Source of the DNA: an uncultured Prevotella sp.
Lineage (GTDB): Bacteria; Bacteroidota; Bacteroidia; Bacteroidales; Bacteroidaceae
Direction of reading: 5' to 3'
Assembly: GCA_900539625.1 (NCBI GenBank)
Contig: UQCW01000002.1
Coordinates: 74,455-138,454 of the forward strand
Length of the DNA stretch: 64,000 nt
Each line of letters begins with the position of its first letter. Position 1 is the stretch's first letter. The notes under the pieces are model-generated. The model saw only the letters and a program-made list of their open reading frames with translations. It was not told the origin of the DNA and searched no databases. Position numbers and translations under genes: made by a program. This document shows, one piece after another, positions 38,758 through 47,917 of the stretch.

Positions 38758-39663
38758 TCAACTTCGTCTCGGTAACCACATCGAGGGTATTTCTTTACGA
38801 GTCTTCGAGTTGGCATTAGTAATGTCAATCAGTATCAGATACCACTGTTCCTTTCTTCGGTGCTCTCCAGATATATAGTAGACTTTATTGGGTTGGTCTC
38901 TAAGTATCATATACAGGTCCAAGAACTGGAATATTCTGTCATTTGCCACGCATTCCCGATGATGCATCGGTATGCCTGCCATGTCTCTGTTTTTATAGAA
39001 ATAATAGTTATAGCCAACTCTCAGCACGTCCATGAATCCCATATGCTCTACAATCGGACGCTCATCAAACTCCTGCATGGTGTACAGATTTACCCACGTG
39101 GTTTTGTCTTCTCCTGCAAACACTACTTCTGCGATATTGTCATCTGAGAGTTTTACGCTCTTTAATCCTTCCAGAATGATATGGTGGTCATTGTTGCTGA
39201 TGGCATACTCGTTGCGCATGAAATGTTCACAGACGTATGCGTCCTTACTGTTGTATTCCTTTCCTCTGTTCTTGTTGATAGCATAATAGGCGTATGTCAC
39301 AAGGCATTCTTCTCCATTGATGGTTTTATAGATGCTGAAGTTCTCCTGCTTGCGCTTCTTACCTGTAATATATTCTCTTTCATCGGTTGTCACTTCCTGC
39401 ATCGAACCTTGCGCATTATCCATATAGAGATATTGCTCCTTGGTGCCTACTGTCAGTGGTGACCATGGGTCTTTTCGTCCTACGTATTCAATGGCTTCAT
39501 TTTTATTGTTCAGCAGGTAGTACTTTGTTATGTCACCTTCTGTCTGACTGACTAACTGCCAGTTAAAACGCATATCATCGTAGGTCTTATATATCCCATG
39601 CATATTGTCACCAATACGGATATAATTCCCATCCTTTATATAGCCAAATTTTGTTTTTCGCAT
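38758..39663 (-). CDS. Hypothetical protein related to the helicase C-terminal repeat region (WG-repeat-like)
   Basis: Shares blocks with the helicase tail (…HMGFMDVLRVGYNYYFYKNRD vs …FMNFLKIGGVYMRRGRNNG). ATG at 39663. Confidence 0.45.
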   Translation of the reverse strand: MRKTKFGYIKDGNYIRIGDNMHGIYKTYDDMRFNWQLVSQTEGDITKYYLLNNKNEAIEYVGRKDPWSPLTVGTKEQYLYMDNAQGSMQEVTTDEREYITGKKRKQENFSIYKTINGEECLVTYAYYAINKNRGKEYNSKDAYVCEHFMRNEYAISNNDHHIILEGLKSVKLSDDNIAEVVFAGEDKTTWVNLYTMQEFDERPIVEHMGFMDVLRVGYNYYFYKNRDMAGIPMHHRECVANDRIFQFLDLYMILRDQPNKVYYISGEHRRKEQWYLILIDITNANSKTRKEIPSMWLPRRS

Positions 39664-39723
39664 AATGTAATTAGATAATCGAAATAATCTTAAATGGCAG
39701 TTCCACAAATAATTATCTACGCA

Positions 39724-39993
39724 TTAAATCAAATTCATGCGCTTTATCTCAGCAATGTTTTCCTTGATAAATTCACTGACTTTCTTGCCGTTGTTTGGGT
39801 ATATCACGGTTATTCGGATGCTGTCATCCAATGCCCCATGCACCTCGTCCACCAATTTATTGAATGGGCTATCTTTACATATATCCGGTAACCATAATAT
39901 CACGTCTCCACACTTCACGGTTACATGATAGTCCTTTATCAGATAGTGTCCCACCAATTCCCTTATTTTCTTTTCTATTTCAACACTATTCAT
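39724..39993 (-). CDS. Small hypothetical protein
   Basis: 89-aa ORF in the operon. Confidence 0.35.
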   Translation of the reverse strand: MNSVEIEKKIRELVGHYLIKDYHVTVKCGDVILWLPDICKDSPFNKLVDEVHGALDDSIRITVIYPNNGKKVSEFIKENIAEIKRMNLI

Positions 39994-40037
39994 AATTTTT
40001 CATAGATATATTTGATTCATCCGACACCTACTGCCCA

Positions 40038-41297
40038 CTAAAAGGGCAAAGCCCCTCTCGGCACCCCATAATCCGTACAACTCTCCGTTCCCTCAATCTC
40101 TTTCCACGCCTCATGCAAATAAGCATTCACATCCTCTGGCAGTTTTCCTTCTTTCGCCAACTTCTCAAACTCCTCTGTCAAGTCTCTTATGGCATATTCT
40201 GGACTGTACATATCATCAAAATACTCCCAGTGCCTGTCTATCACAAAGTGTCTGCACATGGATTTCGTCAGTTGTAGGAACATCAATGCTGCCGCCTGGT
40301 ATTCTCCAACAGCAAGCAACTTCTCGATATTCTTGTTCTCTTCCAACATCAGCTGCCAGATGCTATAACAGTCCCAATCCACATTTCTTCTGTTGAAGAT
40401 ACGCTGTTCATAGTCCTTGTTCAGTGGTATCAACGACTTGGCTTCTTTCTCTACCTCCAGCATCTGTCGCTCTTTCTCCCGTCGCCTACGCTCTGCTTCT
40501 CTTGCAGCGCGTTCTTCTTCGTCATTCATCTCTCGCTCGATCTTCACGGGCTCTCCCGTGAATTTCTTACTTGGTGCCAACATCTGTATATTGTTCTGCA
40601 CTCGTTTGAAATCATCAAACCGTGACAGATGCGTAAAGATATAGGTGAAGACCTCTTCTCGCTTCTCCTCGTTGTTCCATGCTGCCACACTGTCCACCAA
40701 TGCTGCAAAGCTCGCATATATCAGTTTGCCGATACGTAGTTTGTATTCATTTAGATAATCTCTAATGTCATCCCTATATATCAGCAACGGCAGATGTTCG
40801 CACAGTCCCATAGCAATGGCATACGCTGCGTCTGGTCGTCCTTTTGCCAACACTGCTGGTATCGACTTCTTCTCCCAACGCTCCAACAGTCGTAGCATAT
40901 ACATGAAGTCGTCTTTGTCATCAGGGAAGAAGGTCACCACTTGCTGAAAGTACTTGGCATATGCTTCCTCCAGGTCTATATACAATCCTTTGGGTATATA
41001 ATCTATCTTCGGACGTTCCATACAGCTTCTCCTTCTGCGCACCTCGGCTGCTTCATCCTGCTTTTTCTGATGGGCAAGTTGTTCTTCCTTGTCTCTACGA
41101 ACCGTCTCCAACTCTTCTTGAAACTCTGCTGCCTGCATGGTCTCCGCACATAGCAGCTTGTCTATCTTCTTTGACAGGTATCTGCTCCATGCCTGATAAT
41201 TACTTTCATCCACGCAATCGGGGCAGGATATACCACTCATGCTCCATGTATTTTCAGACAGGTAGAAAATCATGCTGTATCTTTTCTTTTTGCTCAT
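40038..41297 (-). CDS. Hypothetical protein with central coiled-coil/charged segment
   Basis: 419 aa with a central stretch of RREKERQMLEVEKEAK-type charged repeats. Confidence 0.45.
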   Translation of the reverse strand: MSKKKRYSMIFYLSENTWSMSGISCPDCVDESNYQAWSRYLSKKIDKLLCAETMQAAEFQEELETVRRDKEEQLAHQKKQDEAAEVRRRRSCMERPKIDYIPKGLYIDLEEAYAKYFQQVVTFFPDDKDDFMYMLRLLERWEKKSIPAVLAKGRPDAAYAIAMGLCEHLPLLIYRDDIRDYLNEYKLRIGKLIYASFAALVDSVAAWNNEEKREEVFTYIFTHLSRFDDFKRVQNNIQMLAPSKKFTGEPVKIEREMNDEEERAAREAERRRREKERQMLEVEKEAKSLIPLNKDYEQRIFNRRNVDWDCYSIWQLMLEENKNIEKLLAVGEYQAAALMFLQLTKSMCRHFVIDRHWEYFDDMYSPEYAIRDLTEEFEKLAKEGKLPEDVNAYLHEAWKEIEGTESCTDYGVPRGALPF

Positions 41298-41399
41298 ATT
41301 CTAAGTTTTTATAACGAATATGGGGTGATAGATTTTTCTTAGTGATTTGACATAAACCATAAAAACCGATTGTTGGCACAGTTTGCAAGTCCAAACGGT

Positions 41400-41610
41400 T
41401 TATCTCTGTTTATTGCCAGTTTGTTTTTCCGAGTGGCGTGTGCGCCACTACTGATGTGGGGCGGACTTTCCGTCGAGAGTTTACTCTCGTAAGGGAAGTG
41501 CGAACCACAGCAGTAAGCCGAAGGCTCGGAAAAACAGACTGGTGTTTTTACTCCGTTTTTGTTAAAGCCCACCCAGCAGCTGTTTTTGTTTAAACCCACT
41601 CAGCAGTAGG
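41400..41610. ncRNA. Candidate structured non-coding RNA (unknown family)
   Basis: 270-bp ORF-free gap. It has a 10-bp closing stem TTTTTCCGAG…CTCGGAAAAA (41424-41534) enclosing GTGGCG-TGTG-CGCCAC and CGAGAG-TTTA-CTCTCG hairpins. Duplicated CCCAC(C/T)CAGCAG motifs lie downstream. Confidence 0.25.
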
Positions 41611-41612
41611 TT

Positions 41613-42473
41613 TTATCGGTTTTTGTTTTTATCCATCTCCACCAAATAGTCGTACCCAAACACAAACGTGTCCCTCTTTGCATCCCCATACAGAAAATCC
41701 TCAAAACTGGTGAATGAAGACTGAAACATCTGCCCATACAGCATATCAATCGTGTTAATATGCCAAACCATAGCATTACTATATCGCTGCTCTGTACGCT
41801 TGTCTTTCATAACAAGTGTCAGAATATAACATACAGCCTCCAATAGAAACTCATAATACGAGCAATGACTCTCTCTGTCTGGCTCAAAGTAATCCACATC
41901 TTTACAGTGTAGCCTTGCAAGTCGTTCAAGAAGATAAAAAGCATTTCCTGCCGCCTCCTCATTCTTGCCTTCTTCATATTGCTTCATAAAGACTTCAAGC
42001 AATGGAATATATGCCATAGCTGCCTTTTTACCATCATTCCACGTGCTCGGTTCTATCCAAACCTTGTCAATTTCTTCACGCATGGTTGGAGTGAACCCTA
42101 TAAAACTATAGTTCTTCCATGACTTCACCGTGCGCATAGCTGCAGGATACTTGTTCGGATGATTATACTTAATGTCTTGCAGCATATGTCCAAGTGTCTC
42201 TGCCATACACTTGGCATGCATATACCGTTCTTCATCTGTCTCACTGGCAGCATAGTCGCAACAGTCTGTGTACCATTCTTCATGCGGAAGGTCACTCTCC
42301 ACTACATATTTACGGCTATCAATAGCTTCTGACCAATAGGTCAAGTAGCGGATTAGCACGCCATGAGGCAATGCCTTCAGCTCTTCTACGACTTTCTGTA
42401 TTTTCTTGTCTACAACCAAATCGTAATAATCGCCTTCGGCGTTGTAGACGAAATCGAATGGTTCGTTATACAT
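41613..42473 (-). CDS. Hypothetical protein (downstream partner of SIR2 gene)
   Basis: 286-aa ORF, 29 bp after the SIR2-like gene. Cys/His-containing, no known motif. Confidence 0.45.
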   Translation of the reverse strand: MYNEPFDFVYNAEGDYYDLVVDKKIQKVVEELKALPHGVLIRYLTYWSEAIDSRKYVVESDLPHEEWYTDCCDYAASETDEERYMHAKCMAETLGHMLQDIKYNHPNKYPAAMRTVKSWKNYSFIGFTPTMREEIDKVWIEPSTWNDGKKAAMAYIPLLEVFMKQYEEGKNEEAAGNAFYLLERLARLHCKDVDYFEPDRESHCSYYEFLLEAVCYILTLVMKDKRTEQRYSNAMVWHINTIDMLYGQMFQSSFTSFEDFLYGDAKRDTFVFGYDYLVEMDKNKNR

Positions 42474-42502
42474 ATTCCCTTATTGTTTATTACATTCATT
42501 AA

Positions 42503-44278
42503 TCAACCAGGAATCCTGTTCTCACTGTAATACTTTTGTGCATTATCATATAACCTTTTGTATTTTTGATAATCACTTCCAAACATCCCATGTTTCAAAG
42601 GTTTCCAATTGTCCTGTACTTTTTCTGCCTCTTCAAAAAATCGCCAATATGAATTTTTTCTTAATTCTTGATAACGATAATAAGATGCAGCTCTAACAAA
42701 ATCGCCTGTTGGGAAATACTCACGACCTTCCCAACAACATCCATGTGCAACATAACTCAACGACAAGATTTGTTCCCAGATGTAAAAATAGTTTTCGAAT
42801 TCACTTTCCGCATAAAAAACATTCTTAAAGAATGGCTTTAAAGTATCCTTAAAGAAAATACTCCTTGGATAGTAATAATTCTGCTGCAAAAGTGCATTCC
42901 ACAAGTCTTTGTCCCAGTGAGTCATTCCTACAATGGATAGGAATTTTTCTGGATGTACACTTACAAAATTAAATGGTGGCACCTCCAATGACAAAATATC
43001 TTCCAACTCTTTAAATCTTTCGTATTTTACACATGCAACACCTATTGCATAGAATAGTATTTCTACAGCTAATGCATGGATATAAGATGTATTTTGGGTT
43101 TCTGTTCGACCATTTTCTAATGGACGAAGACAAAGTTTTATTAGAATATCTTTGAATATGGCTATATGCTCGGATTTTCCCCATCTTGCTGCAAGAGTAA
43201 AAGCATCAATCAATGGAGCTACCGCTTCTTTATGTATTTCTGCATATTGCTGAAATGACGTAACGGATAACGTAAAGTTGTAATAGGCATACTCTTGTAT
43301 AGTGTTATAAGCCTTCCGACCTAATGTCTCTATAAGGTCTGCATATTCAATGGAGTAATTGTCTGATGATAGAAATTTCTTTATTTTAGCAATGAACAAG
43401 TCATGACTCATGGTACGTGACACATTGACTTTTTCTAATGCTTGTACTTGCTCCAATAGAGAGGTGAACATTTCATCTGCACCTAAAATCCTTAGAAGTT
43501 CGCCATCTCGTGATTCAGATAAGTTCTGTAGTTCTTCGCTAAATTTCCCAACTTCCGCAAAGAATGATGTGTAACGAGGTCGTTGGCTTTCTGTGATAAT
43601 CTCGATGAGTCCTTTATCCCATTTGGCAGACCATCCACAGGTCACCAGTCCAAAATCCGAGAAAATCCCATGAAGATGTCCTTTCAATATCTGTGGATAA
43701 TCATCAAGTTCTTTTGTTGTGTTCCTAAACTGACAATCAAGATAGTCACCATTTACTTTTATGATTGTTGGCTCTTTGCTATGGATAATCGGTGTCGCCG
43801 TGTTCCAATCACTTTCGTTCTTAATAACTTGTGGGTGTACTCCAATCTCCTCTAAAGCATTCTCTAACAGCCTATCAAAATTCGTTGTTACCACAACTTT
43901 TACATATCCTTCTCTAATCAGATTAGCAATCGCTCTATGTGCTTTTGTAGGCAATTTCCATCCCAACTCTTTTTCATCTGTTGTTGGTTCGAAGAAATTC
44001 TGCATTAGCCGCACACGCTCTGTCGGAGTTTTCACCATTTCTTCTAATAAATCAGAATAATTGGCTTGCTTTCCATATTGTTTAAGATACCATTGATGCC
44101 AATCGTTCGTTTCTGATACGTTTTGCGTCGCAGCTATTTGCTCTATAAGTCGCTCCTCGACCTCCCATCCTGTTGGTATATGCGCTTTTCTTGATATTCC
44201 AGAACCAAGCAATAGGGCATATGCTCCTTTATTGCTATATATGGACAATGCCAATGTTGTTAGTTTCTCAATTTTCAT
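42503..44278 (-). CDS. SIR2-like (defense-type sirtuin, SIR2_2) domain protein
   Basis: N-terminus ALLLGSGISRKAHIPTGWEV… and VVTTNFDRLLE match the GxG…TTN(Y/F)D signature of defense-associated SIR2 domains. The C-terminal ~300 aa are unknown. Confidence 0.65.
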   Translation of the reverse strand: MKIEKLTTLALSIYSNKGAYALLLGSGISRKAHIPTGWEVEERLIEQIAATQNVSETNDWHQWYLKQYGKQANYSDLLEEMVKTPTERVRLMQNFFEPTTDEKELGWKLPTKAHRAIANLIREGYVKVVVTTNFDRLLENALEEIGVHPQVIKNESDWNTATPIIHSKEPTIIKVNGDYLDCQFRNTTKELDDYPQILKGHLHGIFSDFGLVTCGWSAKWDKGLIEIITESQRPRYTSFFAEVGKFSEELQNLSESRDGELLRILGADEMFTSLLEQVQALEKVNVSRTMSHDLFIAKIKKFLSSDNYSIEYADLIETLGRKAYNTIQEYAYYNFTLSVTSFQQYAEIHKEAVAPLIDAFTLAARWGKSEHIAIFKDILIKLCLRPLENGRTETQNTSYIHALAVEILFYAIGVACVKYERFKELEDILSLEVPPFNFVSVHPEKFLSIVGMTHWDKDLWNALLQQNYYYPRSIFFKDTLKPFFKNVFYAESEFENYFYIWEQILSLSYVAHGCCWEGREYFPTGDFVRAASYYRYQELRKNSYWRFFEEAEKVQDNWKPLKHGMFGSDYQKYKRLYDNAQKYYSENRIPG

Positions 44279-46166
44279 AGTATGATTTCTTATGTATACT
44301 AGAATCTTTGATTACGTATGTCCCATTTTCGACTAGAATGTGATATACGACTCTTGAAGCAATTACATCAAGGTTTGAGAATAACTTTTCTAAAGTGCAT
44401 TTCTCAAATGGTGTCCCTTTTCGTAGCTCTCTCATATTTGTTTCAGAATGATGCAATGCGAAAGCCAATAAAACATCTCTAAGCTGATAATGAAAAGAAA
44501 ATGACATACCATCAGCATTATTTGTAAAATGAACATAATCGGCAAAATTATCAATATGTACATTAATAGCAAAAGAACACTTGAAATATTTTATTGTGTT
44601 AGTTGTGTCATTCGCTTCAATATTCATACTTACAGTTATCAGTTCTTTATCTTCAATTATTTCAAATGTAGGTCCTGTTATTTGCATCGTAATATCACGC
44701 AAGTCCCTGTCGTTTATTGAACCATAATAAAGCGATTCAAAATGAATCTTTTCCATTTTTACAACAGATAAATACTCAGGTTTAAACTCAGGCATTACAA
44801 CATCTTTGAGCTCTGATTTCTTAGTCAGACATTCGCTGAATATATCATCACTCTTTGGTTGTATCACTACATCATCCGCTATAGGATTCACAATCCAGTC
44901 TATCCATGGAGTTGACAAATCCCTGTTAGTTGTGTCTTGCCGCTGCCATTTGTCAAATCCCATCCATTGTTTTATTTTTTCCCAATGGTCGCTTAAGTCG
45001 CTATCATATTTGTATGCACCATTGTCAATGTCCACGAATGGAATGATAAAAACATAGGCTATATCGTAAATCCAAATAATGCCAGTACAATATGGTGCTT
45101 TTAAATCTTCTTGGCGGTTGTTTATGAAAACATCCAATACTGGTTGTTTGAATGGTATATAGTTTTTGTCGGCATCTGTTAGCACAACCAACCATATTGA
45201 GGGCAATGTGTCAGGTATAAAGTCTTTGGACTTAATCCACTTGATTGTGTTTTGAAAATGCGACAACTCCCTTGTAGGTAACATATCTATTACCATTTTG
45301 CACAAGGCTTTGTACATTTGCTCATTGACAATCGGTGATTTCAGTTCAAAATGATGTGCAAATGGCTTTTGGTCACTTACGCTCAGTGGTATTGCCTCCT
45401 TCATCAGATGCAGTATTGGATCTCCGTTTTTATCTGGGACAATGATGAAATCTTTTCCGACAACCTTGGCAGCCTTGGTTGTTCCTTTCCTTGGTATGCG
45501 AAAGATGGAACGACGGAAATCCATCATAACTCTAAACTGATCTTCTACTACAGCTAAGTCATGATTGCAAGTATCGCACTCTTCATAACAGAAAAGTAGC
45601 TTGTTGCCCAATGCATCCTGTATAGCATGGGCTACTTTCTTAAACGATACATCTGGTACTGACTTGCCGCAAAACCTACACACTCGCTTTTTTTCATCTG
45701 CTTCGCCAATCCATTCTTCTAATCCGTCAAAACCATATGAATGGTATTCGAATAGCAGATTCATGATGCAGAAATGCTCAAAGATATTGTTATGGAGCAT
45801 TACTGAGAACTTATTTGTCATATTTTCAATAGTTAAACAGGCTATAGCTGTTCTCCGTTCTGCTACAGAAGTTTTCTCTTCATTAAAGTAATAGAAATAC
45901 TCACCCATAGACAAGTTTCTTACAAATCCGAGCAGTTTCCTAATATGAAACCCTGTAGCATGATCATACTTTGCTTGTAGAACTTGCAAAGCATCAATCG
46001 TCTTGTCACTGACATTGATTCTTGCTCCTGTATGACGCAAAGACAAGACATCACAATGGTTCATAAACGTTTGTTCTATTTCAGTCGTCATCACGCTGTC
46101 ATTGTCTGAAAATAGTATTCTTTGTTTCTTAGACTTAGAATATAATAACATTCTGAGTTCCGTCAT
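44268..46166 (-). CDS. HNH-motif nuclease-like protein
   Basis: CRFCGK…AHAIQDALGNKLLFCYEECDTCNHD fits the zinc-knuckle + H…N…LL.C..CN.H HNH pattern. The N- and C-terminal regions are unknown. Overlaps the SIR2 gene by 11 bp. Confidence 0.5.
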   Translation of the reverse strand: MTELRMLLYSKSKKQRILFSDNDSVMTTEIEQTFMNHCDVLSLRHTGARINVSDKTIDALQVLQAKYDHATGFHIRKLLGFVRNLSMGEYFYYFNEEKTSVAERRTAIACLTIENMTNKFSVMLHNNIFEHFCIMNLLFEYHSYGFDGLEEWIGEADEKKRVCRFCGKSVPDVSFKKVAHAIQDALGNKLLFCYEECDTCNHDLAVVEDQFRVMMDFRRSIFRIPRKGTTKAAKVVGKDFIIVPDKNGDPILHLMKEAIPLSVSDQKPFAHHFELKSPIVNEQMYKALCKMVIDMLPTRELSHFQNTIKWIKSKDFIPDTLPSIWLVVLTDADKNYIPFKQPVLDVFINNRQEDLKAPYCTGIIWIYDIAYVFIIPFVDIDNGAYKYDSDLSDHWEKIKQWMGFDKWQRQDTTNRDLSTPWIDWIVNPIADDVVIQPKSDDIFSECLTKKSELKDVVMPEFKPEYLSVVKMEKIHFESLYYGSINDRDLRDITMQITGPTFEIIEDKELITVSMNIEANDTTNTIKYFKCSFAINVHIDNFADYVHFTNNADGMSFSFHYQLRDVLLAFALHHSETNMRELRKGTPFEKCTLEKLFSNLDVIASRVVYHILVENGTYVIKDSSIHKKSYYEN

Positions 46167-46275
46167 AAGCTATTAAATGATTTACATTAAATCTACCATT
46201 CTATAAACATTATTCATAATTAATGTTTGAAGGCTACATGTGTCTTTTTTGTAAAACCATAAGGTTCGATAGAAT

Positions 46276-47670
46276 CTATTTTGACACATATTTTAGCATA
46301 CATTCTATTATCGCCGCAAAGTCCGTTTCATTCTCTCTTCCTGATGATTCGAATAATCCTCCTATTTCCCCTTTTCCTGTTTTTTCATCAATAACAACAT
46401 CTTGGCGGTAATATATCCCATCTTGACCTTTGGAGAAAACGGAAACACCCAATCTTTGGCATTCTTCAAATGACAATAACATATAGGGAGCAAAATAAGT
46501 AAAGAAATCTTTCGGACTTTTCTGATAAACATTTCGAGCTATATTTTTCATACTGTCATCTGTCCATCCCAACCGTCTCATAACAGACAAAACTCTAAGC
46601 ATTACTGTACACAACACTATCGTATGCCCATTATAATCAACCGTTATACTGTCTTGTTTCTTTTCTTCTGTTATAATCACATGTACAACATCACGGATTG
46701 TTTTACTGTAAAAGTAGTCTTTTCCTATAAGGTCTCGTAATAGAGGAACAGGACATTCTGTAATAACGGCTAATTGTTCAAATATGTATTTTGTACGTTC
46801 CTCTTGAAGCGAGTAGTTGAATGGTATGCTTGACAGGAACTTGCCAATATATCCGCTGAAGTCTGTTTCTCTACCATAGAAATGTTTGAATATTTTTCTC
46901 ACATTTGAATAATCACATACAAGAACTATATTATCAAGATTGAATTTGTTACCAACAAGTGTGCAATCAGGCTTTACGAAACACTTGTAACAATAGTCAA
47001 TATGAGCAGAAAACACATTGAGTATTCTAAATAGATGTGCAGGATCTATCCTATCCAAATCTTCTACGACAAGAACAACTTCTTTATGGGTACGTTGCTT
47101 GTAATTTCCAATTGACCTCTTAATAATAGCTGTTATAATGTCATCCTCATAAATGGTTTTGTTGTCAACCTTACTAAGAAAGTCGTCTAAGAGGGCATTT
47201 TCGTCATAATTCACTTTGAACTTTTCAAATTTGACTTTCATGTCCTTAAACAGTTTCAATGACTTCATACAACTCATTATTAACGGCTTGTATTCATTGG
47301 GAACCGCAATGGCAGACAAGTAAGAAAGCAAATCTGAAAGTAAAGACTTACCATTGTTTTGGAGATAAAACCATAAGGCTATATCGTTAGGAACAACGAC
47401 TTGGTCACTTATCATACTATTCAACATCAACTGAAACAATATGTCCCGTTTGATTAGACTGAATATGTCCTCATTTGATGCGACTTGATAGTTGACTGGG
47501 TATATGGTAAGAAACATGAAGTGTTCACTGACAAAATCTGTCTTTTTATATTTGTCCAAGAAATAGGATTTTCCGTCACCAAACTTTGATGAAAGTATCG
47601 TTCTTGGATTTACCTTCATATGCTCAAAGAACCCTTTTATTGCACTGTCTATTGGTATGACAAAATCCAT
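46276..47670 (-). CDS. KAP-family-like P-loop NTPase
   Basis: Walker A KFGDGKSYFL and the KAP-characteristic Walker B VLVVEDLDRIDP. Confidence 0.55.
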   Translation of the reverse strand: MDFVIPIDSAIKGFFEHMKVNPRTILSSKFGDGKSYFLDKYKKTDFVSEHFMFLTIYPVNYQVASNEDIFSLIKRDILFQLMLNSMISDQVVVPNDIALWFYLQNNGKSLLSDLLSYLSAIAVPNEYKPLIMSCMKSLKLFKDMKVKFEKFKVNYDENALLDDFLSKVDNKTIYEDDIITAIIKRSIGNYKQRTHKEVVLVVEDLDRIDPAHLFRILNVFSAHIDYCYKCFVKPDCTLVGNKFNLDNIVLVCDYSNVRKIFKHFYGRETDFSGYIGKFLSSIPFNYSLQEERTKYIFEQLAVITECPVPLLRDLIGKDYFYSKTIRDVVHVIITEEKKQDSITVDYNGHTIVLCTVMLRVLSVMRRLGWTDDSMKNIARNVYQKSPKDFFTYFAPYMLLSFEECQRLGVSVFSKGQDGIYYRQDVVIDEKTGKGEIGGLFESSGRENETDFAAIIECMLKYVSK

Positions 47671-47901
47671 TTACTCCTCTATTTTTGATTTCACAAATGA
47701 ATAAGACTCAGCAACCTCTTCTCGTTGCCAATAACTTGAAATATCAGAAAGACTATTTCCGCAACTGCTGCTCGATATTCTCTGATTTAAGAAGTTCACA
47801 TAAACACGCCCATTGTCATTTTCCACAAAGGCAATGGAATCAGTATTTATGTATACCGGATTTCCGTTATGTTTGATGTGTAATTCTATAAAGTGTGCCA
47901 T
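47671..47901 (-). CDS. Small hypothetical protein (76 aa)
   Basis: Its start is 17 bp after the stop of the 1034-aa gene, and its stop abuts the KAP-like gene start. Confidence 0.35.
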   Translation of the reverse strand: MAHFIELHIKHNGNPVYINTDSIAFVENDNGRVYVNFLNQRISSSSCGNSLSDISSYWQREEVAESYSFVKSKIEE

Positions 47902-47917
47902 ATAACAATGCTTCTTA

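Noticed and set aside
41400-41610. RNase P RNA or tRNA
   Set aside because: A GGAAAGTCCGCCC-like string is present on the minus strand, but the region is too short and lacks the other conserved RNase P helices. No cloverleaf is evident. It is kept only as a generic candidate ncRNA.
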